Origin: Candidatus Saccharimonadota bacterium
GTDB lineage: Bacteria > Patescibacteriota > Gracilibacteria > UBA4473
Assembly: GCA_030429505.1 (NCBI GenBank)
Contig: JAUIFI010000001.1
Coordinates: 840,001-872,000, forward strand
Length of the DNA: 32,000 bases
Direction of reading: 5' to 3'
Within the stretch, counting starts at the first letter, position 1. Every line of letters begins with the position of its first letter. Of the stretch, positions 1 to 9,231 are shown in pieces. Made by a program: the position numbers and the translations under genes. Under the pieces are notes generated by a model. That model saw only the letters and a list, made by a program, of their open reading frames with translations, was not told where the DNA came from and ran no database searches.

Positions 1-1
1 C

Positions 2-253
2 CAAGCCAGAAAAAAACTCGATCAAAACCTCTTCTCATCCATATTCATAAAACCGGCAGAGGGAATTGATATACTTCTCGAACGAGTAAAACTCAGAGCT
101 CCTATTTCCGATGAAGAACTCCAGCATAGACGCCAATCCATGAAACAAGAATTCGAACTTTCCAATCTATATGATCACATTTTATTATCTCATAATAACC
201 AAATCGATCGCCTTAAAAACGAAGGAGAATCCCTAATTCAAAGCCTTTTCTAA
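2..253 (+). CDS. gmk: guanylate kinase, C-terminal fragment (5' end lies outside the window)
   Basis: My translation of the frame starting at nt 2 gives ...FIKPAEGIDILLERVKLRAPISDEELQHRRQSMKQEFELSNLYDHILLSHNNQIDRLKNEGESLIQSLF*. This follows the Gmk C-terminal pattern (L..RL..RG.dsEE.i..R...a..E.....YD..i.N.d.d.a). Stop TAA at 251-253. Confidence 0.5.
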   Translation, partial: QARKKLDQNLFSSIFIKPAEGIDILLERVKLRAPISDEELQHRRQSMKQEFELSNLYDHILLSHNNQIDRLKNEGESLIQSLF

Positions 254-262
254 GAATATTCC

Positions 263-658
263 ATGAAATCATCAGATTCTAGCTCAAGTAAAACCCTTGG
301 CAAGGAAGGAGAGCTTCTTGCTCAAAAATTTTTAGTCAAAAAAGGTTTGCAACTCGTCGAAAAAAACTTCCACGCTCAAGGCGGAGAAATAGACCTCATC
401 ATGTACGATAAAAAGTACAAAGAATATGTTTTTGTAGAAGTAAAAACCAGAACTTCCGATAGCTTTGGAGATGTAAGATCATCCATCACTCCCAACAAAC
501 TCAAAAAAATCATGAAGGCTGCCGAGCATTTTTTCTTTCAAAAATTTCACCTTACAGAGGTACCATTCTTCAGGCTCGACGCCATCTGTATCAAAAAAGA
601 CAAAATAGGAAAAACTGATATCGAACACTTTGAAAATCTCAACCCAGAAGGATATTAA
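263..658 (+). CDS. yraN: YraN-family (UPF0102) endonuclease-like protein
   Basis: 131-aa ORF with GKEGELLAQKFLVKKGLQLVEKNF...GGEIDLIM...YVFVEVKTR, the hallmark UPF0102 core. Its stop overlaps the stop of the convergent ORF at 655. Confidence 0.85.
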   Translation: MKSSDSSSSKTLGKEGELLAQKFLVKKGLQLVEKNFHAQGGEIDLIMYDKKYKEYVFVEVKTRTSDSFGDVRSSITPNKLKKIMKAAEHFFFQKFHLTEVPFFRLDAICIKKDKIGKTDIEHFENLNPEGY

Positions 659-1011
659 TTATCCTCAGTATCATCCTCCTGTATATACAAATCAAAAAAC
701 GGATGCTCCGGCGTTAAAATCTGCCTTTCAGCCTTTCCAAATTGATCAATACACACTACCTCCCCATCATCAGAATCCACAAAAAAAGGAGTTTCCAAAT
801 ACAATTTTTTTTGCCCACTATCCAAGTGAATATCAACAATTCTGTGACCATTGAGCACCTCTAAATATCGATTTTCCAAAAAATCTAAAAGCAATTGATA
901 ATCTTCCGAAGATAAAGAAGACTTATTTTGATTTGAGTTATTCAATTCCTGCTCCAAAAAATCAAGAAGCTTATGAAAATCTTTCTCCTCCAAAGAATCT
1001 AAAAAATTCAT
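655..1011 (-). CDS. hypothetical acidic protein
   Basis: The ORF track gives 655..1029 with a TTG start. The first ATG (MNFLDSLEEKDF...) is at 1011. The protein is rich in D/E/L and I recognise no motif. Confidence 0.45.
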   Translation of the reverse strand: MNFLDSLEEKDFHKLLDFLEQELNNSNQNKSSLSSEDYQLLLDFLENRYLEVLNGHRIVDIHLDSGQKKLYLETPFFVDSDDGEVVCIDQFGKAERQILTPEHPFFDLYIQEDDTEDN

Positions 1012-1279
1012 AAAAGTTAAGCACAACAAAAAAAACCGGAGTGCCGTTCTTTCCTGTGACTATTTTCCTTGCTGACGCAAAGTGGGTTTTCTCTCATTCA
1101 TCTCGCAAGATAAACAAATACGAAGTCCCTTCAAACAATGATTAGGAGAAAAAGTTACAGAAAAGAACGAACAGCCTAGTTACAACTACCTTGTAACAAA
1201 AAACAAGAAAAGAATCAACAAAAATGTGTTTACCAACCCTTTAAAATATGGTAATTTCCTACGGAAATCTTCTCAAAAA

Positions 1280-2377
1280 ATGAATCTTAAAATTGGCATT
1301 GTCGGACTCCCCAATGTTGGCAAATCAACCTTGTTTAATGCGCTTACAAAATCACAAAAAGCAGCAGCTGAAAACTTTCCTTTTTGTACCATAGACCCCA
1401 ATGTCGGTATCGTCGAAGTACCAGATCAAAGAATCAATCAATTAGTTGAAATAATTCAGCCGGAAAAAACCATTCGATCAACCATAGAATTTGTCGACAT
1501 TGCCGGACTTGTTGCCGGAGCATCAAAAGGAGAAGGTCTCGGCAATAAATTTCTTTCTCATATTCGAGAATGCAACGCCATTTGTCATGTGTTACGAGAC
1601 TTCGAAGACTCAAATATCCATCACGTAGATGGACAAATCAACCCCACAAAAGATCTCGACATCATCATGACAGAACTCATTATGGCAGATCTCCAAAGCA
1701 CAGAAAATCAAATAGAACGTGTTACCAAAAAAGCCCGATCCGGAGACAAAACCGCTCAAATCGAACTCAAGCTTCTACAAGAATATCAAAGCCTCTTGTC
1801 AGAAGGGAAAATGGCACGAAATCTGAAAATTGAAGACGAAGAACAACAAAAGCTAAGAAAACAATTTCAGCTCCTCACTCAAAAACCCTACCTTATCGTC
1901 GCCAACGTCTCAGAAAAAGATTTTTCTAGTTTTAATGAAGACAATTTTAGAAAAAAAATAAACGCCAATCCAAATATTCCCATTATCCCCATCTGCGCCA
2001 AAACCGAAGCCGAACTCGCCGATCTATCCAACGAAGAAGCAAAAGAATTTTTAGCCGAAATCGGAGCTGAAAAATCAGGCTTGGAAAACTTGGTCCAACA
2101 AAGCTTTCACCTACTCGGTCTTCAGAGCTACTTCACTGCCGGTCCCAAGGAAGTTCGCAGCTGGACCATTCCCAAAGGAGCAACCGCTCCTCAAGCCGCT
2201 GGAGAAATTCACACAGACTTTGAAAAGGGATTTATCAAGGCTGAAGTTATTGCCTTTCAAGATTTTGTTGAATACAACGGAGAAGCTGGGGCAAAAGAAA
2301 AAGGGAAGCTTCGTATCGAAGGCAAAAATTACATCCTGCAAAACGGTGACGTCATACACTTTCGGTTTAATAACTAA
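1280..2377 (+). CDS. ychF: ribosome-binding ATPase YchF (Obg-family GTPase)
   Basis: MNLKIGIVGLPNVGKSTLFNALT (P-loop), FCTIDPNVG, DIAGLV.GASKGEGLGN.FL and the C-terminal TGS-like ...GDVIHFRFN. The track ORF starts at 1226, but the family-typical start is the ATG at 1280. Confidence 0.9.
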   Translation: MNLKIGIVGLPNVGKSTLFNALTKSQKAAAENFPFCTIDPNVGIVEVPDQRINQLVEIIQPEKTIRSTIEFVDIAGLVAGASKGEGLGNKFLSHIRECNAICHVLRDFEDSNIHHVDGQINPTKDLDIIMTELIMADLQSTENQIERVTKKARSGDKTAQIELKLLQEYQSLLSEGKMARNLKIEDEEQQKLRKQFQLLTQKPYLIVANVSEKDFSSFNEDNFRKKINANPNIPIIPICAKTEAELADLSNEEAKEFLAEIGAEKSGLENLVQQSFHLLGLQSYFTAGPKEVRSWTIPKGATAPQAAGEIHTDFEKGFIKAEVIAFQDFVEYNGEAGAKEKGKLRIEGKNYILQNGDVIHFRFNN

Positions 2378-2380
2378 AAC

Positions 2381-3643
2381 CTAATCAAATTTCATCGGAT
2401 CACCATCAATAATAGTATTCCAATATTTCGAATCCATCCACACCCTTCCATCTTCATCCTTCGACCACTTCGCATAGTACTCCGGTCCTTCAAATCCATA
2501 ATCGTTCCATTCCTGTAAAGTCAGAGAACGAGCAAACCTTTGTGTTTGAACATCAAACTTACAACCAGACACCAATTCCACCTTTGTGCGTAAAATACCA
2601 TCTGATACGCACCGATCTAAAAATTTCCCATCAACATCATGATTTAATATCATTAAAGCTTCAGCAACAGTAGCCTGATCTTCCATTACATTTTCCTTCC
2701 CATATAAACGAGCAAAACCACTAAATTCACTCCTTTCTTCATAGTGATCGTGAGACAAATCATGTGCCTCACTCGCATTCTTATAAGCAAGATTTCCTTT
2801 CGGATGCAAACCAAGCCAAGGTTTGTCTTCTGACCTCATTCCATCTGAATGATCAAAACGATGGAAAAATTCATGATGCAAAGCGTTAAAAATACCATTA
2901 TCAATATTAATAACCACCTTTGATTTATACTGAAATCCCCCAACGCTTTTCAAGGTTTGTTTGTTTACAAGATCAGTAACAAAATAAACCAAAGCAGGAC
3001 CGAGATCTCGAATCATAAAACGAGGATATCTCTGTAAATCTAATTCCATATCTATCAAAGCTAACTTAATTTGTTTAAGAGTAGGCACAGTAGAAGAATA
3101 AAAAGAATTTCCAAAAACCTCATACGTAATATTAAACCCATATCTATACTGTAAACGCTGAATAGTCTCGGCAATACCAAAGACCTCAATCTGAGTGTCT
3201 CGTATTCGCCCTAGCCATTGTTCTGTTTCTCCTTGAGATACACCAGAACCACCAATATCAATACCCAAAAAATGGGATTCATTGGTATATTGATCTTTTC
3301 CTTCCTGAACCAAAAAACCGAGAGAACGAAAGGCTTCTATTTCTTGTTGTAATAAAACCCTTAATTCGTCTGAAGAGGAAACCCCAAGGTATCTATTTAT
3401 CTCAAAAAAACTCAAAAAAGCCTGAAAAACACTCTCTCGATCCTCCGGATTATCAAACTCCACATCACGCAACATATTGGCAGCTTCCCAAGCGGAACGA
3501 GAAGCGATACACATAGCAGCTTGAAGTGATATACGCTCCAACCCTTGAAAATCATCGGAAGCAATACTATCTATTCTCTTATAACGCTTCAAAATAGCCT
3601 CCTGTAGCTGATCAACATCTGATTTCGGATTCTCCCCTCCCAT
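2381..3643 (-). CDS. hypothetical protein with an HExxH zinc-metallopeptidase-like motif
   Basis: 420-aa ORF. HHEFFH is encoded at 2861-2878 (minus strand CAT CAT GAA TTT TTC CAT), followed by RFDH. No signal peptide is visible. It is the last gene of a tight three-gene minus-strand cluster. Confidence 0.6.
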   Translation of the reverse strand: MGGENPKSDVDQLQEAILKRYKRIDSIASDDFQGLERISLQAAMCIASRSAWEAANMLRDVEFDNPEDRESVFQAFLSFFEINRYLGVSSSDELRVLLQQEIEAFRSLGFLVQEGKDQYTNESHFLGIDIGGSGVSQGETEQWLGRIRDTQIEVFGIAETIQRLQYRYGFNITYEVFGNSFYSSTVPTLKQIKLALIDMELDLQRYPRFMIRDLGPALVYFVTDLVNKQTLKSVGGFQYKSKVVINIDNGIFNALHHEFFHRFDHSDGMRSEDKPWLGLHPKGNLAYKNASEAHDLSHDHYEERSEFSGFARLYGKENVMEDQATVAEALMILNHDVDGKFLDRCVSDGILRTKVELVSGCKFDVQTQRFARSLTLQEWNDYGFEGPEYYAKWSKDEDGRVWMDSKYWNTIIDGDPMKFD

Positions 3644-3646
3644 AGC

Positions 3647-3958
3647 CTAAATGTGAAGATTATCTAAGTGCTCATCCATAGCAGCATCTGCCTTTCTTTT
3701 TTCTAACTCCGTAATCTTTTCTCGTATCATCTTTTTTCCTTTCCGAGCAGCATTTTGGATATGTGTCTCTAAGGCTTGAAAAAACGACGCTCTCTGGATT
3801 TCCTCTATTTTTTTTGATTCTTCACTCATAACCTCAATAACCTTATCTAGCTGAGAGTCATTAATTCCATCTAGCTGAGACAACAAACGATCCTTCAACT
3901 TTTGAGGCAAAAGTTTTGAATCCTGGATAAGATGCCGAGCCTGTAATCTTTTCGTCAT
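3647..3958 (-). CDS. hypothetical small charged, probably coiled-coil protein
   Basis: 103-aa ORF with K/E/Q-rich heptad-like sequence. It lies 3 nt upstream of the HExxH gene and 10 nt downstream of the 781-aa gene, which suggests an operon. Confidence 0.5.
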   Translation of the reverse strand: MTKRLQARHLIQDSKLLPQKLKDRLLSQLDGINDSQLDKVIEVMSEESKKIEEIQRASFFQALETHIQNAARKGKKMIREKITELEKRKADAAMDEHLDNLHI

Positions 3959-3968
3959 AAAAAAAAAT

Positions 3969-6314
3969 TTAACGTCTTACTCCAGATCGAGTCGAACCAG
4001 ATAAGCTACGCAAAGAGTCCGTAAAATCATCTAAACTATATCTTCGAGAAGCAAAATACAATTCCTGACCAGATTTTTTCACTGAAAAATCAGAGACAAC
4101 ATCATCTTTGTTATTGTATTCAAAAGATAATATCATATTTGTGCCAAAGGAAGCATTGGACACCTTAAATTGCTGCATTTCTTCATCCAAGATCCGAATA
4201 TCAGATCTCCGCACCGTAATACCTCCAGAAGCCAATCGCTCTTGCAATAACTTTCTCTGAATAACCGCATCGGGCGTAAATTGAGGAATAAAAACCTCAT
4301 CTGCCAAACCAACAGAGGATGAAGTAGTAATAGGCTCGGAAAAAACCGCCTCTTTCAAAAAGGTCTGAAAATGCTTTGGCTTTACTTGAAAAAACTCTTT
4401 ATTACCTATTCGAAGAGGATCAAAAAACTGCAATTCATAGAAAAATTCAAAATCCAAAGGAACATCATTAAAAAACACATTATTGACTTGAGTCGCCAAA
4501 CCATATCGAGCTGACATATAAGTCTTAACCACCATAGACTGAAAACTAATTCCTTTATCCTCTAAAAAATCCTTCAACTCCCGAGCATTCGCAATATGAT
4601 CTAAACGATCATCAGCCTGATCAGACGAATCTCTCTGTTGCTGCAACCCCTGAAGTCGACTATTAAGTTCTTTCTGACGATCACGTTCCTGCTGTATAAG
4701 AGCCAACTGCTCTTTCTCAATACCAGTATTTCCCACAAAAAGGATCGTATTGATAATCGCTTGCTCTTCGTCAGTAAAAACATCCAATCCCAAACGTTCT
4801 TGAATATCAGACACATTTAGCTTCCTATAGACAGACAATAAAATCTCAGATAAATCTTTTCGAGAAGAACCTTCTAAAAAATTTTGCAAAAAAAACAAAA
4901 CATCTTGACTAGACTCCAACCGAATTTCATCCAAAAATTCCTGATCCGTATGCAATATCAATTCTTTATCCACTAAAAATTTATAAAGAAGAAACAAAGA
5001 CTCCGTTTGAAAAAAGTCGTTTTTACGAAAAAGCTCTACTACCAAACGACGAAGTTTTGTAACCTCAAAAGCATCTTGAGGAGAAAGATGAATTTGCTCA
5101 ATCATGGGAAGAATTTTTTCAAACTCCAAATGAGACTTTGATAAAGACCCTTCCGCCAATAAATTCTCCGCATAAAAAAAGGTGTTTTTTACCAAAAAAA
5201 GACCATTCTCAGCTTGTTGTCCAAACCAAAACCGAACCCAAACATTATCCGGTTCGAGAGAAAAAAGTGTTTGAACCCAAAACATATGAGCCTTCAAAAA
5301 AGATTCCCACAAAAATCCCATACGATCATCTCGCTGTAAAAGAAATTGCCAAGATTCATTGTGCAATGTCTGCCCAAAAGCTTCCAGAGAAAGCTGAGTA
5401 GAACCATAGTCTCGATTTTCAAAAGCCATAAATGCTTCTACAAAATCCCTCATAAATACAAAAAATTGTCTTTTATCCTTGATAGCTTGTGGAATTCCAA
5501 ACCCAAGAGAATGCTGTATTTTCCTAGTCAAGGAGTCTAGTGGGCTTTCGGACCGAAAAAACAAATTTTCAGGAGCCAATTCAGCAAAAGCAAGTAATGC
5601 ATCTTTCCAAATATCAATGCGCTCCTCTCCCAATAAGATCAAATCAAAATAGAGAGAATTATCATCTCGATCAATTGGCTGCATTCGAAATTCCTTCTTT
5701 AACTTGGAATAAAGAAGTTGTCGAGTGATATCAGTAAGAGAAGCATCGTTAATACGAATTTTCATACCCATAGGAAGCACAAATGAGTGTTTAATTCCTT
5801 CAAAAAATACATCTACTGATCGATTTAAAGCATAAATTTCAGAGACTCCTTTATCTTGATCTCTATGAATAAATACACTTGATCCAGCACCATGAATCAA
5901 TAAAGGACCAACTCTAATTTGACCAACTTCTGGTTGAAAAGAATTAAAAGAAAAAGTTTCAGAAAAGGCAATATTATGACTTTCTTTGAAAATTCTATCC
6001 GCAATCAAAGCCGAACTCCAAAACAAATCTCCCGACAAAAAATCCCGCTTTCCATCCGAAAAATCCGCTTCACTTCCAGAAAAAAACAAAAACAATTCAC
6101 CATCATGAGTAAAAAATTCTTGGTGGTCCTCATAAAGGTCAACACGAACTGAAGAATTGATATCAACAGCACGTTCAAAAGGATTATCAACAACACTTGC
6201 CTTGTAAAAATTATTTTTTTCCAAATGCACCAAAAAAAGGAAAAGCAAAAGCGCTATCAAAAACGACCCACTCAGAAAGATAATTTTTTGAGAAAAAAAG
6301 TCTTTATACATCAC
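3969..6314 (-). CDS. large membrane-anchored hypothetical protein
   Basis: 781-aa uninterrupted ORF with one N-terminal hydrophobic helix (IIFLSGSFLIALLLFLFLV). A beta-rich N-terminal region is followed by a long F/L/E-rich, apparently helical region. I recognise no catalytic motif. Confidence 0.7.
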   Translation of the reverse strand: MMYKDFFSQKIIFLSGSFLIALLLFLFLVHLEKNNFYKASVVDNPFERAVDINSSVRVDLYEDHQEFFTHDGELFLFFSGSEADFSDGKRDFLSGDLFWSSALIADRIFKESHNIAFSETFSFNSFQPEVGQIRVGPLLIHGAGSSVFIHRDQDKGVSEIYALNRSVDVFFEGIKHSFVLPMGMKIRINDASLTDITRQLLYSKLKKEFRMQPIDRDDNSLYFDLILLGEERIDIWKDALLAFAELAPENLFFRSESPLDSLTRKIQHSLGFGIPQAIKDKRQFFVFMRDFVEAFMAFENRDYGSTQLSLEAFGQTLHNESWQFLLQRDDRMGFLWESFLKAHMFWVQTLFSLEPDNVWVRFWFGQQAENGLFLVKNTFFYAENLLAEGSLSKSHLEFEKILPMIEQIHLSPQDAFEVTKLRRLVVELFRKNDFFQTESLFLLYKFLVDKELILHTDQEFLDEIRLESSQDVLFFLQNFLEGSSRKDLSEILLSVYRKLNVSDIQERLGLDVFTDEEQAIINTILFVGNTGIEKEQLALIQQERDRQKELNSRLQGLQQQRDSSDQADDRLDHIANARELKDFLEDKGISFQSMVVKTYMSARYGLATQVNNVFFNDVPLDFEFFYELQFFDPLRIGNKEFFQVKPKHFQTFLKEAVFSEPITTSSSVGLADEVFIPQFTPDAVIQRKLLQERLASGGITVRRSDIRILDEEMQQFKVSNASFGTNMILSFEYNNKDDVVSDFSVKKSGQELYFASRRYSLDDFTDSLRSLSGSTRSGVRR

Positions 6315-6500
6315 GTCATTATACCATTTCGAAAGCTTTTTTCCAAGCTATTTTTATACTTTCTTGAGAGTACTAATTTTTTTAATAAAAACAGAAATAC
6401 AGAGGCAAAGAACTCAATATGGTATAAATCTATTTTCTCTATAAATAATTGCCCCCTAAAAACCTTTTGATTTTTTAAAAAAAATGGCACAATAACGACG

Positions 6501-8306
6501 ATGAGAGGTGTAATTTTAGCAGGAGGAACGGGGTCAAGACTCTTTCCAAGCACGAAAGTCGTCAATAAACACTTGTTGCCGGTTTTCAACAAGCCGATGA
6601 TTTATTATCCGATTCAAACTCTCAAAAAATCTGGTATCAATGAAATTCTTATTATTACGACAGCCCACCAAGCAGGAGATTTCATGAAACTTCTCGGTTC
6701 GGGCAGAGAATTAGATGTAAAATTTACCTACAAAGTCCAAGATGGTGCCGGAGGCATTGCCCAAGCACTCAGTTTAGCGGAAGAATTCGCTAGCAATGAA
6801 CCTATTGCTGTTATTCTCGGTGATAATATTTTTGAAAACAACTTTTCAGAAGACATTCGATGCTTTGAAGAAGGCGCGACTATTTTTGTTAAAACAGTAG
6901 AGAACCCCTATCGATTTGGCGTTGTAGAACAAGACGAAAATGGAGATGTTTTATCGATAGAAGAAAAACCATCAAATCCAAAATCAAATCTAGCACAAAC
7001 CGGTTTTGCCATCTACGACCAAGAAGTATTCGATATTATAAAAACTCTTGAACCCTCTAAAAGAGGAGAGCTCGAAATTACAGATATAAACAAAACATAC
7101 TTAGATAAAAAACAACTTAATGCTTCCGAAGTCTCGGGAAATTGGATCGATGCTGGCACACACGAATCACTACTTGAAGCCAATCTTATCGCCCAAGAAA
7201 TATTTGAAAATAAAAAGCAAACACAAAACAGCACAAAAAACATATCTACAGAAGCACAAAAAAGCCCATCTGTCACTATTGGCATTATTACTCATAATTC
7301 TGAAAAATACATCACACCATGTCTGGAATCACTTCAAAACCAAGATTATTCAAATCTAGAAATCGTAATCTTTGACAACAATTCTACCGACCAAACTTTG
7401 GATATTCTACAAGAAAGATTTCCAAATATCCGCCTCATAGAATCAAACGAAAATATCGGATTTGCTCGCTCTCACAATGAAATCATTAGACAAACAGATT
7501 CTGAGTTTTACGCCTGTTTTAATATCGACATGATTTTTGAACCCAACGTAATCTCGGAACTAGTAGATGCCATCCAACAAAAGCCAATTTTTGGATCAAG
7601 TGGTGGAAAAATAAAACGATGGGATTTTGATATGTTTCAAAAAAACCCAAACGCATCAGAAATCCAAGGAAAAACAAATTTCATCGATTCAGCCGGAATC
7701 CGCATTCTTAGAAGCCATCGCTTTGAGGATCGAGGTCAAAACGAAATTGACCATGGACAATACGAAGACTCAAAGCAAGTTTTTGGTATCTCTGGGGCCG
7801 CAGTACTGTATCGAAAAAAAGCTCTTGAAGACATTGCCTTCATTAATGAAAAAGAGAACAAAGAATATTTCGACGAGTCCATGTTTATGTATAAAGAAGA
7901 TATAGACATCGCTTATCGCCTTCAATGGGCGGGGTGGAAATCACTCTATACACCAAAAGCCGTCTGCTATCACGACCGCACCATTGCTTCAAAAGGAAGC
8001 TCCCACTTTCAAATTATAAAAAATAGACTCAAAAAGAAGAAAGTTGCCAATAGACTTTCCTACATAAATCACCACATTCTTTTGAAAAAAAATTTTTCCA
8101 AAGACTTCTCTTCCTCTATATCTCGAGCGACTTTATGGTACAATTGCAAAGTGTTTTTCTATATACTTCTGTTTGAAACAGAAGTTCTAACCGAATGGTG
8201 GAATCTTTCTCGACTCCAGTCAAAGATCAAAACTCGAAAACGATCCATGCCACGAAGAGTGTCTACCACCGAAATAGAAAAGCTTATTGAAAACGAAACT
8301 CTTTAA
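6501..8306 (+). CDS. fusion protein: RmlA-like sugar-1-phosphate nucleotidyltransferase (N-terminal) plus family-2 glycosyltransferase (C-terminal)
   Basis: The N-terminus MRGVILAGGTGSRLFPSTKVVNKHLLPVFNKPMIYYPIQTL matches the RmlA G1P-thymidylyltransferase signature. After a low-complexity linker (KKQTQNSTKNISTEAQKSPS) comes VTIGIITHNSEKYITPCLESLQNQDYSNLEIVIFDNNSTD...GAAVLYRK...EDIDIAYRLQ.AGW, which is GT2/rhamnosyltransferase-like. Confidence 0.8.
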   Translation: MRGVILAGGTGSRLFPSTKVVNKHLLPVFNKPMIYYPIQTLKKSGINEILIITTAHQAGDFMKLLGSGRELDVKFTYKVQDGAGGIAQALSLAEEFASNEPIAVILGDNIFENNFSEDIRCFEEGATIFVKTVENPYRFGVVEQDENGDVLSIEEKPSNPKSNLAQTGFAIYDQEVFDIIKTLEPSKRGELEITDINKTYLDKKQLNASEVSGNWIDAGTHESLLEANLIAQEIFENKKQTQNSTKNISTEAQKSPSVTIGIITHNSEKYITPCLESLQNQDYSNLEIVIFDNNSTDQTLDILQERFPNIRLIESNENIGFARSHNEIIRQTDSEFYACFNIDMIFEPNVISELVDAIQQKPIFGSSGGKIKRWDFDMFQKNPNASEIQGKTNFIDSAGIRILRSHRFEDRGQNEIDHGQYEDSKQVFGISGAAVLYRKKALEDIAFINEKENKEYFDESMFMYKEDIDIAYRLQWAGWKSLYTPKAVCYHDRTIASKGSSHFQIIKNRLKKKKVANRLSYINHHILLKKNFSKDFSSSISRATLWYNCKVFFYILLFETEVLTEWWNLSRLQSKIKTRKRSMPRRVSTTEIEKLIENETL

Positions 8307-8318
8307 CCCCTATCATTC

Positions 8319-8669
8319 ATGCCAGAAAAAACAACCCCCGATTCCAAAGTAGAAAATACAAAAACAAATCCAAAAGGAGATCATCATTTAGCAGAAAATG
8401 CTAAAGATATGGCACATAAGTCACTCGAACTTCTAAGAAAAGGTGAAGAAAAAGTTATGCATCTGCCCATGGACCGACGAATGATATTCTTTGTAGGCAT
8501 TATCATTCTCATTGCTGCTCTCATCGGTGGCAATGTCGGAAATATTATTTTAGTCCTTATCGCCATCGGTATGATCTACGTAAGTATAAGTGAGAATAAT
8601 CCACTCACAAAAATGCTCGAAAAAAAGAGGCATGAAGACGAATTAAGCACAAAAAGCAAAAAAAAGTAA
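8319..8669 (+). CDS. small membrane protein, hypothetical
   Basis: 116-aa ORF with a central hydrophobic stretch (IFFVGIIILIAALIGGNVGNIILVLIAIGMIYV) between charged termini. Confidence 0.5.
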   Translation: MPEKTTPDSKVENTKTNPKGDHHLAENAKDMAHKSLELLRKGEEKVMHLPMDRRMIFFVGIIILIAALIGGNVGNIILVLIAIGMIYVSISENNPLTKMLEKKRHEDELSTKSKKK

Positions 8670-8679
8670 GTCCCCAAAA

Positions 8680-9129
8680 ATGGCTTTTCTTCACGGTAAA
8701 AACGCACAAGAAGCAGAGGAAAAAATTCTAAATTTTATCCGCCATCACAATCTGTGCGTCGTAGCCACAGTAAATTCAGAGCAAAAACCAGACATTGCTT
8801 TGATGGAATTTCTTATAGATCAAAACCTAGAAATTATTGTCGGAACAAAAAAAGAATATCAAAAATACAAAAACCTTAAAAACAATCCTCACACCGCCAT
8901 AGAAATCGGTTTTTATGAAGACATCACTATCCAATACCAAGGTATTGCCAAAGAAATACCCACCACAAATCTCGAATCATTTCAAAAAAATAATGTTGCT
9001 ACTCGACTCAAAGAAAATAAATATCTCGGCATAGAAAACGATCTCGTGTATTTTAAAATTACCCCTACCTACATCCGCTATACCGATGTTTCTCAAGGTC
9101 CTTGGCAACACTTCGAAGTTATCTTTTAA
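8680..9129 (+). CDS. pyridoxamine 5'-phosphate oxidase-family (FMN-binding split-barrel) protein
   Basis: 149-aa ORF. A.EKILNFIRHHNLCVVATVNSEQKPDIALMEF......IVGTKKEYQKYKNLKNNPHTAIEI resembles the PNPOx/general-stress-protein-26 fold family. Confidence 0.65.
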   Translation: MAFLHGKNAQEAEEKILNFIRHHNLCVVATVNSEQKPDIALMEFLIDQNLEIIVGTKKEYQKYKNLKNNPHTAIEIGFYEDITIQYQGIAKEIPTTNLESFQKNNVATRLKENKYLGIENDLVYFKITPTYIRYTDVSQGPWQHFEVIF

Positions 9130-9231
9130 AAAACACCATCTCCCCAGAAGGTGAATCCACGTAGCTATATCTACAACACCACAAAATAAACCAAAGTAGA
9201 CTCAAATACCTATTAGAACTAATAAAATATT

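Noticed and set aside
1036-1200. Possible small SRP (4.5S) RNA upstream of ychF, suggested by GAAAAGAACGAACAGCC.
   Set aside because: It matches the conserved GGAAGGAAGCAGCC helix-8 motif only partly. There is no GNAR-capped closing helix and no complementary 5' strand, so it is probably chance similarity.
4601-6592. Many 60-93-aa ORFs overlapping the 781-aa gene and the 6315-6500 gap (for example 5138..5401 +, 6225..6470 +, 6311..6592 -).
   Set aside because: They are K/F/L-rich low-complexity translations of AT-rich sequence, antisense or off-frame to a long intact ORF, with no RBS or motif. ORF 6311..6592 would overlap the well-supported RmlA-type start at 6501.
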